A stretch of 64,000 nucleotides of DNA from Lingula anatina (taxonomy: Eukaryota > Animalia > Brachiopoda): positions 13,888,001-13,952,000 of the forward strand of contig CM120646.1 in assembly GCA_051362555.1 (NCBI GenBank), in the 5' to 3' direction. Below, piece after piece: positions 53,012 to 64,000 of the stretch (positions within the stretch are counted from its first letter, which is position 1; the number at the start of each line of letters is the position of its first letter). The notes below the pieces were generated by a model. The model saw only the letters and a list, made by a program, of their open reading frames with translations, did not search any database and had not been told where the DNA came from. A program made the translations under genes and the position numbers.

Positions 53012-53293
53012 TCGGTAAAATAATTGGCGTGAGAATTCGTAAAGAAAGTAGGAATTAGAATTATCTGGGGATTGAAGAAACCCTATAGCAGATTTATTAT
53101 GTGCATTTTTCATGCATGAATTAGCCAGATATATAATCTGTGAATAGCGTCAAAGCGAAAGAATGCATGATAAAACTGCCGGTAAAATAATTGGTGCAGT
53201 AAAAAGAGAAGGAATGGGAATTCACTGGGAATTGAAGGTACCCTATACCAGATGAATTATTTGCACCAGAGCATCGTGTCATGAATTAGCCAG
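53012..53293. repeat. Two diverged ~167-bp tandem units
   Basis: CGGTAAAATAATTGG...ATTGAAG..ACCCTATA.CAGAT...CATGAATTAGCCAG occurs twice. Confidence 0.7.
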
Positions 53294-54064
53294 GGACAAT
53301 AGGTGAATTTCTAATGAAGCATCAACCTGTTACCCTGGTAGAGGGTAAATCGAATCGGAATGGTTTTATATGTCAGGATGCTCACCGAGGCTTGCGTACA
53401 AAAATGAAGACAGTCGAAGCACGACTGTGCGAGAACAGCTGATACCCAGCTACTGTGCTGTTTTCGTCGTTTTTCTTTGTGTCTTAATCTGTTATTCTTT
53501 AATCTGTATTTCATTCTGTATTAGTAAGCCTTCCCAACATCATTCGATAGCTATAAAACGAGACTTATTAGCCGAGATTCTTATGGCCTCCTTGGCGCCC
53601 ACGTAGTGAAGAAAGCTGATGTCATGCGTCATACAGTACATAATGGCTGATGCCGATGCATGATGGAGGCCTCCAGTTGAACCTGTTCAATAATAATTTA
53701 AAAATGGGAGAAAGGTACAGTGACAGTTAGAAGGTCAGTGAGCAGAGGGCTGAACGAGTATAATTAACAAAAGTCAGCGTGCCGATGCAATTTACTGTTT
53801 ACACAACGTTGAAATCTCCGGGGTACACCGAAGGCTGATGTCTCGGCTTTAGTGTACGGCTTCAAGAGAACGACTTAGACCAGTGTCAAAATTTATTAAA
53901 ACTTTCAACCCCTAAAAGCTTTCATTCATTCATTCGCTACATAGAAGTTTTGTCTAAAAAGTATGCCTGGGATTTCATTACAGCAGCTCCGTTTTCAATG
54001 TACATGCGCGCGTGTTTCAATCAGGCTAGTGGGGTCACGTTGAACTGGCAAACATGTTCATTTT

Positions 54065-54236
54065 CAGGCCCGTAGCCGGGGGGGGGGGGGGGGTCGAAAA
54101 AAACAACCTTTTTGCTGGGAAAAGGTCCACTCTGAGTAAAATTTGATCTATGTACTTGAGGATTTTATGGTGAAAGGTCCACTTTTTCAGAAAACGACCC
54201 ACCCACCCCCCTCTAAAATAGTTGGCTACAGGCCAG
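54065..54236. mobile_element. Short MITE with CAGGCCCGTAGCC-type terminal inverted repeats
   Basis: CAGGCCCGTAGCC ... GGCTACAGGCCAG; ATTTT direct repeat on both flanks; internal AAAGGTCCACT twice; G-run and C-rich subterminal tracts. Confidence 0.6.
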
Positions 54237-54312
54237 ATTTTGGTATCTTTTTAATTCAACACGATTCAAAGAGTTATAAAAACGTTTCCTAAACAAGCGT
54301 GATGTCAAACAT

Positions 54313-55719
54313 CTAAATATAATTGTTCTCTTCAGTTTGGGCATGACTATCACTACGCCGAAAGCAGTTAGTTATATCACGAACTAAGGAACTAAGACGT
54401 TTCCTAAACACGCGTGATCTCAGTGTATATATGTATGGATTAGCACATGTATTAAGAAATCCAAATGAGCATGCAAACAGACTGGTAATATACTGATTGA
54501 TATCAAGACTTGGCGATTGCAATGTGAATACCATATTAGTGATTAGAAAAGGCAAAACGCTAATTATAAATACGGCCAGTAAAATTAAGCTAGACAAAAT
54601 AACTTGTTGATCCATCTGTATGATTTTTACATAGTGTATGTCCGAACCTAATCGAACATCCATCACTTCGGTAGTTTCTTGAGCTATTATATCGACAGTG
54701 TCACATGCAGGGTTCTCGTTGTCTCTTGTCCATCTAATTTGAGCATTCGCGTAAGTTTCTCTTTTGAATATTTGCGCTACACTTGTTTGCTGCGAGGTGG
54801 AAGCAGCCGGAAGTTCTGGTCCTCCCTGATCGTCTCTATCTCTATCTGAAATGTCTTCTATATCGGATTGTACGTTTCTAGTATATTTTGGTACACCAGC
54901 ACGACTGCTTTCTTGACCCCATGGTGAAACTGGCTCCAAAGGAGTAAAAGTCGGAGAAGATGATTCTCCTCTTTTGTTGCGATCTTCCGCCAAAAAAGTG
55001 TTTGCCACATTGGAAGAAACTGTTTGAACTGTGTATCCAGTATGGTATGGTTTGATCATTTTGCGTTGCTTTAAGATTTTCTTCACGACTGATGAGTAAG
55101 ATAAGACCGTAATTATAATGCAGGTGCCCACAAATATAGAGATACATGTAGTTACGACTAAATCCACACCCGACTGTCCGTCGCCCTTGTGACATTGTAA
55201 TGGGATCACAAATGCATCGTTCAACACGGAAATACAGGCCAAGATTGTTCCTAGAACCCATTGTGCGCTTACACATATTCTAAAAAGATGTTTACGGATA
55301 GTCAGAGTAGGCTTGTGAAATTTTGCTGCTCGCAGGACACTAATACATGCCAAAATGACAATATTCATAAGTGGACCCATGGCTAAAGTACGCCCTAGAA
55401 AGCATATGATAGAAATTGTCGATTCATCCCATGACCAAACCATCATAACGAATACCGGGCACCCGTAGACTGACATGAACAAATCGACTATTGCTAAATT
55501 AATGTGGAATGAATTCCACCATGTTCTCAGAGACGGAGTACTTCTTGTAATGATAATAACGCAAATGTTACCGAATGTTCCAACAATTGCCACGATAATG
55601 ATCCACAAAGTCACGATGATGTTGGCCCATCTGGTATCATCAAAAAATCCTGGCTGATTCCATAAGCTAGTAATGTTTTCTGTTGCGTTTCTATAATCGT
55701 CGGACGAATTCATGTTCAT
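54313..55719 (-). CDS. Intronless orphan rhodopsin-like (class A) G-protein-coupled receptor, 468 aa
   Basis: Seven hydrophobic segments; N-terminal N-glycosylation sequons (NSS, NAT, NIT); TM1 GN; TM2 LAIVD; TM7 NPYIY followed by a helix-8-like FRKRL; long hydrophilic third intracellular loop. Confidence 0.9.
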   Translation of the reverse strand: MNMNSSDDYRNATENITSLWNQPGFFDDTRWANIIVTLWIIIVAIVGTFGNICVIIITRSTPSLRTWWNSFHINLAIVDLFMSVYGCPVFVMMVWSWDESTISIICFLGRTLAMGPLMNIVILACISVLRAAKFHKPTLTIRKHLFRICVSAQWVLGTILACISVLNDAFVIPLQCHKGDGQSGVDLVVTTCISIFVGTCIIITVLSYSSVVKKILKQRKMIKPYHTGYTVQTVSSNVANTFLAEDRNKRGESSSPTFTPLEPVSPWGQESSRAGVPKYTRNVQSDIEDISDRDRDDQGGPELPAASTSQQTSVAQIFKRETYANAQIRWTRDNENPACDTVDIIAQETTEVMDVRLGSDIHYVKIIQMDQQVILSSLILLAVFIISVLPFLITNMVFTLQSPSLDINQYITSLFACSFGFLNTCANPYIYTLRSRVFRKRLSSLVRDITNCFRRSDSHAQTEENNYI

Positions 55720-56461
55720 ATGTACCGATAGGTAGTACGTAGTATTTGCTGTGTTTATAGAAGGCCTATAAAAAGGAAGGCGTCAATCTAGCCCACTCGA
55801 TGCGATGATCTCAAGACGTTTTCTTCATGTGAGTATTTCAGAACGAGTAAGAATTATATAGATGGTTTGGAAGGTTATACTGCCCATATATATAATCTAC
55901 TTTGCATTATAGGCCAACCCTGAAGCACTAATACACTCCCAGTATCTGATCCGAGTTACATCACAAACTACGTATGCAACAACCAGTGCCAGATAAACCA
56001 CGCCCTGATAGCAATGCAAAGAAAACAAACCCCAGACTGTTAAAATGATTGACGGAGATTAGCTAACAGGCCACTCCCTAGTGCAGTGTTGGAACTGATT
56101 TGCTATGCAAAAAGAAAAAAAAACAGCCACCAAACCTCCAGTTCAAAAATTGTTCAAATTAATTATAGACAATTTTGGATGAAGGCATGCGCAAAGTGCC
56201 GCATATACCCAGTACATGTTTGAAATAAATGCATGTAACTCTCTTTTGTGTCAACTGTATGGTCAAAATGTATTCCTATCACTTAGAAACTGCATATTGG
56301 AATATAATGGGTGTATATAATGGGTGTATGTTCGTTTTCTCACATTCCCACTTAGCGTGATGATTAGCTGCCTATAAATGTTAACAGTAAAATTAACGAT
56401 CACCCTTGTAGCAATGTACATAAATGCAGTTGGGGTGACTTTCTTTGCCAGGGAAGTATAT

Positions 56462-57299
56462 GGCCCGTATTCCAGAATCTCCCTTTAGTGTTAAGGGAGA
56501 CTTAAAGTCGACCTTATACGAAATTTGTATTCCAAGACCTTTCTTTATCTCACTTGAATGGAATCACTTAACAATCATCCTTAGCAAAGGAGTCAGTCAT
56601 TTCTAGAATCTGCCTTTGCTTTAAGATTTCCTTTATTTTCGGCTGAGGAGTCCTTAAAATGTAAGGTTGGTCTGGAGTAACTTTTAGTCTTCCTTAAGCA
56701 GCCATCCTGTACAGTTCTCTTGTGAAAATTAGCTCCATGGGGGACTATGTTAACCAACTGGTGCGTCTTTATGATGTCAACAGGAATGCAAGACGCATGA
56801 GAATACGCCTACCTAAATTCAATGAAGACGTCTTCACCGATGACGATTTCTTTGCAAGGTTCCATTTCTCGAAAGATGGCTTCAACTACTTGATGGATTT
56901 AAATTATATTAATTAATTAATTATTAATAAAATGATAAATTAACAAATTAATAAATTTGGCTTAGATCAAAACATCCACATGCAGTGATAATGTCCATAT
57001 GCACTGTTGCATGATTGAAGTTGACCTGTTGACCCCAATTATACAACATAACTGAGGCCTTTATAACGAGGAGGGTGTCACAAAGGCCTACTCTAACCAA
57101 TGAGGAGCTCCTTTATGTCAGTGTCCCTTACCTAAAGGCTGACTTTTGTCAAAGTAATTCCTTATCAAAGGAGAGGCTAAAGTGTGGTCTTAGAATACCA
57201 TTTCGTTAGGCCTTCCTTTACCAAGGAACACCTCATCAAAGGAAGCCTTTAAAAAGTTGACCTTAGGCCAATTTTAAGGAACATCTTGGAATACGGGCC
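56462..57299 (+). mobile_element. Internally deleted PIF/Harbinger-like DNA transposon with transposase N-terminal remnant
   Basis: TIRs GGCCCGTATTCCA / TGGAATACGGGCC; 3-bp TAT direct repeat on both flanks; many subterminal CCTTA/TAAGG motifs. ORF 56722-56916 (..FTDDDFFARFHFSKDGFNYLMDL) resembles the HARBI1/Harbinger transposase N-terminus. Confidence 0.75.
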
Positions 57300-59001
57300 T
57301 ATGTTTTTGCAGTGCATATTATTTTTCCAATTTAAACCAAACCAACAAGTCAAATTCAGCCCATTCTGGTGCTATTCATGTGGATTGCATGACAACGGTA
57401 TCATCACTGCAGTAAAGTGATCCATCCAGTGTAAAGGGGGCTTTAGTGGAGATCCGCTGTAATTGCGTGTCATTTTACAGGTAGCGTGCGCCAAGCAGCT
57501 GTAGCTGGCGCTGTCCATTGTTCCATCAACAACACTACATTATCATGTGTTCAATGCAATATCAGGATGAATCTCTTCAGTGCTTTAAGTGAGCGCTCTT
57601 CAGTCTTGGATGACGTCTTCCTGTCAGACTTTAAGACCTCTGTTAACCCTAAACCATTCAGCTCACTAAGAAACATTCCGCTTGTAATGCCAAGTCGCAG
57701 TATATAGGCTTGTGTATACTGAAAAATAGTCGGTTGGTCAATTAAAGATGAAGACAACGGCCTTATTTCGGAAGTTTTTGAAGTCATGCTTCCGGTAGAG
57801 GGCAGGTTTTTGTGCTGTTGAGAAGACTGAAAGTATAACGCAAGGCAGTGTGAAAAAAAAGATAGGTTCCAGCCCCAGCCCTCCTAACATTTTACATGTG
57901 TAATTCTGAAACATTTCATTCCGCTCTAACGAAGCTGAAGGTCTGCCCTCCATTTAGTTATAATGATTAGGATTAGTCTGACATAAGTGGATCAAAATCT
58001 ATGGCGAGGCTTACCTGCATAAATGAATGGGAAGCGGACTCTGGGAAGTCACACCGGTTTTCCCATGATATTTGTGTAAGAAATCACAGGGATTCTTAAA
58101 AGGCTTATAAGCCAGAATTGTAAGGTGACAGACATGAAATCGTTGAAAGTTACAATTTTGTTATATTATAGTAGGTACTTTTAAAATTTGATAATTAAAT
58201 AGATAAAAAAAAAAATACTTGTTTGTGCGCATTTTTTGATAATGGAAATGTGTTCTGTTTTATTTTTACGTGAATAAAAATGGCAAAAAGTCCTATTTTT
58301 ATGCCTAATTAACTTGCAAAGCTACTTATCACTAGATCGTTCAAAGAGCAAATGAAAACGACAAAATCCCTCAAATAAAAGTAGGACTTTGTCGTCGATC
58401 GATATTCCTTCATAAATGTCAAAAAGACGTATGGTGTACCGAATGAATCATGAATCGCAATGGTAAAAAAATAAAATAAATAAACATAATAAAAAAATTA
58501 AAAAAAAAAACATCAATTCCAAGCTCAGGGGTGGGTCGATCATGATTCGTAGAAGGAAAAAAATCCCTTTTTCTCGAAGAAAATTAGATTTGGCACTAAA
58601 ATCAAGTAAAGATTAACTGATAAACAAAAAGTTATGGAATATAAGAAAATTGTCTACCGCCAGCAAGAATGTTAATGCAGTTTTTGAAAAAAAAAAAATT
58701 AACAAACACCTTTTCCGTACAAAGGAATCCGATTTATTTCTTGATATGTCAGTTTTGGATCGGAAATGTATTATATGCCCATAGTTCTGTAGTATCCAAA
58801 TAATCGCCGCGGTAGAGTTTCTATGAAATGCATTCACTGACTAATCTCAGTCGCATGATCGCCTGGCAGTATTAATAGGAAAAAGATGAAGTAATCACTG
58901 ACACTATCTTAACAATTCCCCTTTAATACTTTGCCGGACCTTCTCACTGTGTGATGCTCTAGGAAAGCGGGATATGCAATCGATCCCTGATAATCTATAC
59001 G

Positions 59002-59030
59002 CCAATCAGACTATCAAGCCTTCTATAAAA
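59002..59030 (+). promoter_or_regulatory. Candidate CCAAT box plus TATA box upstream of the lectin gene
   Basis: CCAAT at 59002 and TATAAAA at 59024-59030, ~120 bp before the ATG at 59148. Confidence 0.35.
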
Positions 59031-59147
59031 GATTATGCAATCAAACGATAATTTATAGATAGTATGTAGCTTATCTCATATTAGGCAAACAGCCTCAGGA
59101 GCTACCATTCATTTCATATTTTATTAGTGGGGTGATTGCAAGACGCC

Positions 59148-60213
59148 ATGAGAAACGGAGATTTCTGGTTTTTGCATCTCCCGGTTTTAGCACTTTGCTT
59201 GACATCGGGTAAGTGGTGTTTATATCATATGTATATCTGTAGGCAAAGTACATTATAGCAAATTCACTGTAAATGCACCGTGAAGCAGGAAAACAATACT
59301 GCATGTGAGATGCTTTATGTGTCAAGATTGGCGGTCGAACCACTGGCAGAGAAAGTAATGATTAAAACGAATTTCGCAACACATTTTCAGATATTTATTA
59401 ATTTAAAATGAGAAAGTTAGGGTAATAATTAGCACTGTTTGCCTCAAAGCCGTTTTTTTCTTTCTTCTCAAATAACGTAAGTAACAAATAATACACATTT
59501 CCTTTTTATCGGCAATACTGCATGGATAAAAATGTATAAAAATGTTACATCATGAATAAAATGTACTAAAACGAATCAAGTATCTTAATGACAATATCCT
59601 CGTTGTAGGCCTTGGTCAGTTGTGTCCGGAGGGGTGGCTGGAAAGTCCCTTCACGGATTTCTGCTTCCAATTCAACAGCGACAAATTCAGAAAAACGTGG
59701 ACGGAGGCACGCGGGGCATGTCAGTCACGGTTTGGTGATCTGGCCTGGTATGAAAATACTGAAGAAAAGGTAAAGTGTCACTGAGAATAAAATTGGAGTC
59801 ATTTGACTCTCTAGTCAGACAGAGTCCAGCACCCCTTGACCCTCATGGAGTTAATTTGACTCCTATATAAGGGTCAAATTACCCCACTACCAGAGTCTTC
59901 AGAGTCAGTCACCGCCTGGATCTCATGGAGTCAATCTGACTCTAAAATCAGAGTCAGGCGGCGTGGAGAGAACAGTTTTCATCATCCTTTGTCAGTATAA
60001 ACATTATTTTATTGGCCATAGTTGGTTTTATGCATGAACAAGTGGTTTTCTGTGTGTTTCTGCATACAGAACTCGTGCACTTATTACTGGCCCGGGCTTT
60101 CAGTTGCCCACACCCTTTATGTGATATGTTGGTATACAGGTCAGCAGGTTTTGTTTCTAGGTTGTAGGTTTGACCCACCAATGCATGTCACTGGGGAGGT
60201 ATGCTCACTCATT

Positions 60214-60290
<77 letters not shown>

Positions 60291-61006
60291 CTGTTTATTA
60301 CCAGATTTACTAATTGTTTGTTATTGCGCTGCCAATGTGCCACTCGACCGGATGGCCTTGTGGTTAAAGTGTCTGCCTTCAGAGCAGGAGAACGTGGGTT
60401 CGGACCCTATCGGGGACATACCGATCTTTAATACATGGCACCTGCTGTCTCCCCGCTTAGCACCGTTGTTGAGGTCTTTTTTCATAATGAGCCAAAGAGT
60501 CAAAAATCCCTTAATATGGGGTCATGGTGACTCTTTTGTAGAGATAAATCAAGGGATGTAGGGATGTGTGAATGGAGTCAATTGTGACCCTTCTGTGGGG
60601 TCTTGGATGGCGTTACTCCATCGATCGGTTCGAATGACCAGTAAGCTTTAAAGTTTATGGCAAATCGTTTCCTCAAATAATTTAGTAACGAATTGCGTTT
60701 ATTATTATATTCCGTACATAAACACTATTGTAACTGTGACATATGTCAGCTTTTTGCATTTTGCTTGAGGTATCATTAGCCATCTGAACTTTCTATTGCG
60801 TATGTATAGTATGTCTGTCAGCTTTCCAGATAAAATGAGAATAATTGGGATGATAAGATCATTTTATCGATTAATCAAAAACCCACGATATCGGCTTTTT
60901 CACACTAGGTTAACCCTTTTGCGATATCAAAGGCAATTATTCACTTCATGATATGGACTGTGCTGACAAAATCATTGATCTTTGTCATATGATCTAATCC
61001 AGTCGG

Positions 61007-61065
<59 letters not shown>

Positions 61066-63703
61066 CATATGAACATATGGGTATCTTATACCTGATCAAC
61101 GTAAACTTAACTGTGGCTACCGTATCTCAAACAATGGCTTCATTGTATCTATTATTACAATTAATTATATTTATGGGTAGGTTTTGCTTCAAAAGAATAG
61201 TTCTGGACAAGAAAAGCTGGTCACATTAAATTACAGCAATTAAATAGGAACTTACTGTCCTGCTATGTTGAAACCTCTCTTGAAATCCAGCAAAAATTAC
61301 ATGTATTGTAGAATACAAGGGAAATCAGAACTGTGAAATCGATCCCTACTGAAATCGGTGACGTGATTGGACAGATCTTTAAATACATCTATCTCGAAAG
61401 GGAAGCAAATTAAGCAGTGTCAATCATGAGCGACAGTTTTCATCCAGCTCACGACGTCGACTTTTTAATTAAAAAAAAAGGCAACCCTATAGGCTTTTAG
61501 TATTTAATGGTTGAAACCTGTTTTATATAGCTTTTATCCTTCAGCTGCATATTATTTTAATGCTAAGTCTCAAACTCGTCTAATTCTTACTACTTTTGAA
61601 AGCTTTTTTTTTTACAGAGCGACGTTTCACAGGTTACTATATCCCCGGTGTTGTATTTTTGTATTTATTATATAAATATATCTTTATCTCATCTTATCTT
61701 ATCGACATTTTTTTATTAATCAATGCTGTTTGCCGATAACGCGAGTGAGTAAGTGTCTTCTCTTCCTGTTTCCAGTTTCTTTCAGTCAATCTATTGTAGT
61801 ATTCTTATCAGTAAAAATGCAAGTACTTGGAGTGATATATGGGCAAGGGCCCTGGTTCTCTATAAAACTTTTGTCCAAAAGTAAATGTCATTTTTAGATC
61901 ACAATTTTGGTCGAGTTTGACTCTAAATAAATCTGTGGTAGTAAAGTATAGTAAAGTACATATTGTTATAACACATTTGGCATTTCTTTCCTGTTATAAT
62001 ACAGGTGCGAATTATTGGACATGCACTGTGCTATTATTCATATGTAGCTTGGGTCGTTATAGACTTGAGTTTTGGTCTAAACATTTAGTCCAACTTTCCG
62101 TTTACGCAACTTGCAACTTTTTCCCTTGACAAATAGTTGTATGCAGGATCTTTTACACAATTGATCTATCCCTCTTCCAGCAATTTGTCATAGCAACGGC
62201 ATACCGCCTTTTCCAAATTGACCACCGGAGCAGCGCTTGGTGGTTGGGATTAAATGGCAGGGAAGATGACAACGAGTGGACGTGGGTCACTGGTGAGGCC
62301 CTGGACACAGAGTTGGCGTAGGTTCAATGAAGAGTTTCGAATTGCATGGTCTTGCATAGTTTTTGAACGGAAAACCTAGGCTCACTTTGGACAGTATAAA
62401 TGTGCAGTACTCCACTGAGTGAAAGTAATTTTTGCTGTTAAATATTAGATGTGTTCAAGTTATGTTAAAACATTCTACAAATTTAACATAAGGTTGCAGT
62501 TGCCCCCCCCCCCCTTCCCCCGTACACACACAGACACGGATGACTTTGTCCCAACAGCAATTGCACCGTATAACGTGATATCAGATATACAGACATACAA
62601 TATCTATGATGTATCTCATTTTTATCCGCATCAACATGCAGTAATTGGAATGTCCAAGAAAGAAGCGCTGGAGGCGGAAAAGTTCATACGAATTGCGGCG
62701 TTTTACGGCTGCAAGACGACACTGCAAACGTAGGAGGGGGTTTACTCGGCACCGAATGCTACACAGTTAATCCGTACATCTGCAAGAGAGCGAAAGGTAA
62801 AGACATGATCAACAGTTAAGAGTCAAAAATAGACCAGGCTATGGACAGTGCAATGCGATAACTTATGTATACATAGATTCTACCTAGAATGTAATAAAAT
62901 GTATCATAATAAATGGCGATAGGACTGATGACAATAAAATACATCGCACACATGCCTTAAAAACAGATTAGGCGTTAGCGAACTTGAGTCTCAGATTTGT
63001 TTTCACAAATGCCCAAATTAACGACTCGCGCCACGAATTAAGAATCCCAAGATAAAATTAGTAGTCACGAGCAAAGCGATATATAGAACTCACAATCCGT
63101 AAATCCTATTTGTTTGTGTGGTCCACGCTGTTCTCGTGGCTACTAATTTTACTTTGGGATGCTTAATTCGTAGGACAAGTCGTTTGTGATACCAAATCTA
63201 GGGCTCCTGTTAGCAAGCAGCAGTTATCGTTAATGAGGCCTGATATAGTTTTAGTAGATGGACTTTTAAATAACACTGTATTAACTGTGTTGTAATTCTT
63301 GAGTTAATGATGTTCTGATTTGTTTCCCTATGTCTTGATTTGTCGTCTATTTAGGGTGGATTAACAGTCTCTTGCAGCTAAACCCTGATACTAATCTTTC
63401 TGTTTATTTCTTTGTGACATCTAATATCTCGGATCATGTAAATCCGTAATTATAAATATCAATACTAAGACGTGTCTTATGGTCTGTGCCCCAGGTATTA
63501 TGGACATATTTCCTTTCATTCCGCACGAACGTCAATTTTGTTTCTAGGCCATATTGCGTTAATTGACCAGTTTATGAACCTGCTAATCTTGGAAAAACGT
63601 TTTGTGTTTCAGCCGCGGTGGATAATTGTGCAGTCGGTTGGCAGCAGATAGAGGACTCTTGTTTTAAGTTTTTTGACTTAGAAAAAGAATGGAAAGCAGC
63701 TTC
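59148..63703 (+). CDS. Multi-C-type-lectin-domain protein (mannose-receptor-like architecture); 5' part only, continues beyond the window
   Basis: Phase-consistent exons: 59148-59208 (signal peptide MRNGDFWFLHLPVLALCLTS), 59609-59769 (CPEGWLESPFTDFCFQF..KTWTEARGACQSRFGDLA), 62181-62317 (WWLGLNG..EWTWVTG), 62642-62796 (NW..NCGVL..ECYTVNPYICKR), 63613-63703 (second CTLD start: NCAVGWQQIEDSCFKFFDLEKEWKAA). Confidence 0.85.
60217..60286. repeat. (AT)n microsatellite
   Basis: Direct observation. Confidence 0.95.
60345..60465 (+). mobile_element. tRNA-derived SINE (head plus probable Meta-type core), 3' truncated
   Basis: A-box TGGCCTTGTGGTTAAAG and B-box GGTTCGGACCC, followed by GGACATACCGATCTTTAATACATGGCACCTGCTGTCTCCCCGCTTAGCAC, which resembles the MetaSINE core as recalled. 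The cloverleaf is imperfect, so it is not called a tRNA. Confidence 0.65.
61008..61062. repeat. (AT)n microsatellite
   Basis: Direct observation. Confidence 0.95.
62975..63218. mobile_element. Fold-back inverted repeat (MITE-like) in a lectin gene intron
   Basis: AACGACTCGCGCCACGAATTAAGAATCCCAAGATAAAATTAGTAGTCACGAG pairs imperfectly with CTCGTGGCTACTAATTTTACTTTGGGATGCTTAATTCGTAGGACAAGTCGTT; the arms extend outward with mismatches. Confidence 0.6.
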
Positions 63704-64000
63704 GTATGTACCATTTTTAACAAAATTCGTAGTGTTTTTTGTTAGGCAGTTTATTGCTTTATTACTTAGCTCCGCTGTGTTTATTTGGCATTGTACAGGG
63801 TACATGCAACCCTCTGTCTCACTCCAAAATCTTAACTAGGCTCAGTAAATTGGTTTATTTTTCATATTGAACAACAAAGCCTGGAGATATAGAATATACA
63901 CAAACAGGTATTTCATAAGGCCTACCTTAAAATGTTCACATTCTTTGTGTTGTGCTTTTGTATCTTACATTCGTGAAAACCTGGACTAAAATAATTAAAT

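Larger units (their letters stand above)
59780..60605. mobile_element. Degenerate repeat element rich in GAGTCA..TGACTC mini-palindromes, interrupted by (AT)n and the SINE
   Basis: GGAGTCATTTGACTC, GGAGTTAATTTGACTC, GGAGTCAATCTGACTC, GGGGTCATGGTGACTC and GGAGTCAATTGTGACCC are dispersed on both sides of the SINE. Confidence 0.4.

Noticed and set aside
58096-58927. Second Kolobok-like element (TTAAAAGG ... CCCCTTTAA)
   Set aside because: The terminal match is too weak to support by eye.
60345-60420. Possible tRNA gene
   Set aside because: A and B boxes are present, but stems pair imperfectly and a SINE-like core follows; treated as a SINE head.

Overview
AT-rich, intron-rich genomic DNA from an invertebrate animal (probably a lophotrochozoan such as a mollusc; this is inference). 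Five protein-coding genes could be assembled by eye from GT-AG splice sites and continuous reading frames. (1) A complete dual oxidase DUOX (+, 18009-40317; 32 exons plus a probable 9-nt microexon; ~1520 aa). (2) CREBZF/Zhangfei bZIP factor (-, 44792-45820; single coding exon). (3) UBE2Z/USE1 E2 enzyme (+, 46728-51110; 7 exons), head-to-head with CREBZF. (4) An intronless orphan class A GPCR (-, 54313-55719). (5) The 5' part of a secreted or membrane multi-C-type-lectin-domain gene (+, from 59148, running off the window). Mobile DNA includes an apparently identical head-to-tail dimer of a 2466-bp TTAA-bounded Kolobok-like element, a Harbinger-like element, several fold-back MITEs and a tRNA-derived SINE. 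The most unusual observations are three separate minisatellites that each amplify a real exon/5' splice-site junction, a putative chain of non-coding 3'UTR exons behind the CREBZF stop codon (candidate NMD switch, with a sense-strand intronic hairpin), the DUOX microexon, and loss of both heme histidines in the DUOX peroxidase-like domain. No prokaryote-type systems (CRISPR, operons) were seen. All assignments are by manual reading; no searches were run.
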